A stretch of DNA of 64,000 nt from contig KZ538218.1 of the NCBI GenBank assembly GCA_000934665.2, positions 1 to 64,000 on the forward strand, in the 5' to 3' direction. The translations under genes and the position numbers were made by a program. The DNA is from Catajapyx aquilonaris. Taxonomy: Eukaryota. Below the pieces are notes generated by a model. The model had not been told where the DNA came from. It made no database searches and saw nothing but the letters and a program-made list of their open reading frames with translations. This document shows, piece after piece, positions 63,816 through 64,000 of the stretch. Within the stretch, counting starts at the first letter, position 1; the number at the start of each line of letters is the position of its first letter.

Positions 63816-64000
63816 CTCTTCCATTTCGGCCCATTGTCTAAAAATATCCTCCTGTTCTCGATGTAGTACACCATTTGAGCTCTTTCTTTCTCGATCCCTC
63901 GTTGCTTTGTCATGATTACTATGGCGCGGCAGCGATAAGACTGTTCAAAGCCGGAACGCCTGACCCCAATGAACCAACAACAACAACTAGTGTACACTCA

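Overview
Eukaryotic (animal, most likely invertebrate) genomic DNA, not microbial. There are no operons, rRNA genes or CRISPR arrays, and almost all listed ORFs look spurious. One host gene is recognisable. A CpG-rich promoter-like region at ~23.4-24.3 kb leads into a short first coding exon (24191-24251, +; MASETSSRCRRKQANPRRKN, then a phase-1 GTGAGT donor). It matches the N-terminus of ZEB/Zfh1 transcription factors, including the RRKQxxPxR NuRD-binding motif. The remaining ~40 kb appears to be a long intron, in which AT-rich tracts full of MITEs and SINEs alternate with GC/CpG-rich, TE-poor islands carrying E-box, Su(H)/CSL, Sox and homeodomain-type motifs (candidate enhancers). The first ~11.6 kb is a degenerate higher-order tandem repeat (~210-260 bp monomers of two related types, plus a ~2.85 kb tandem duplication). 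In it, two unrelated MITEs sit in the same TA site of different copies while a third copy is empty. A decayed mariner transposase, at least two tRNA-derived SINE families and a perfectly paired tRNA-like cloverleaf with enlarged loops are also present. I did not find a clearly new biological system. The best leads are the ZEB regulatory landscape, the repeat array with its shared insertion site, and the tRNA-like element.
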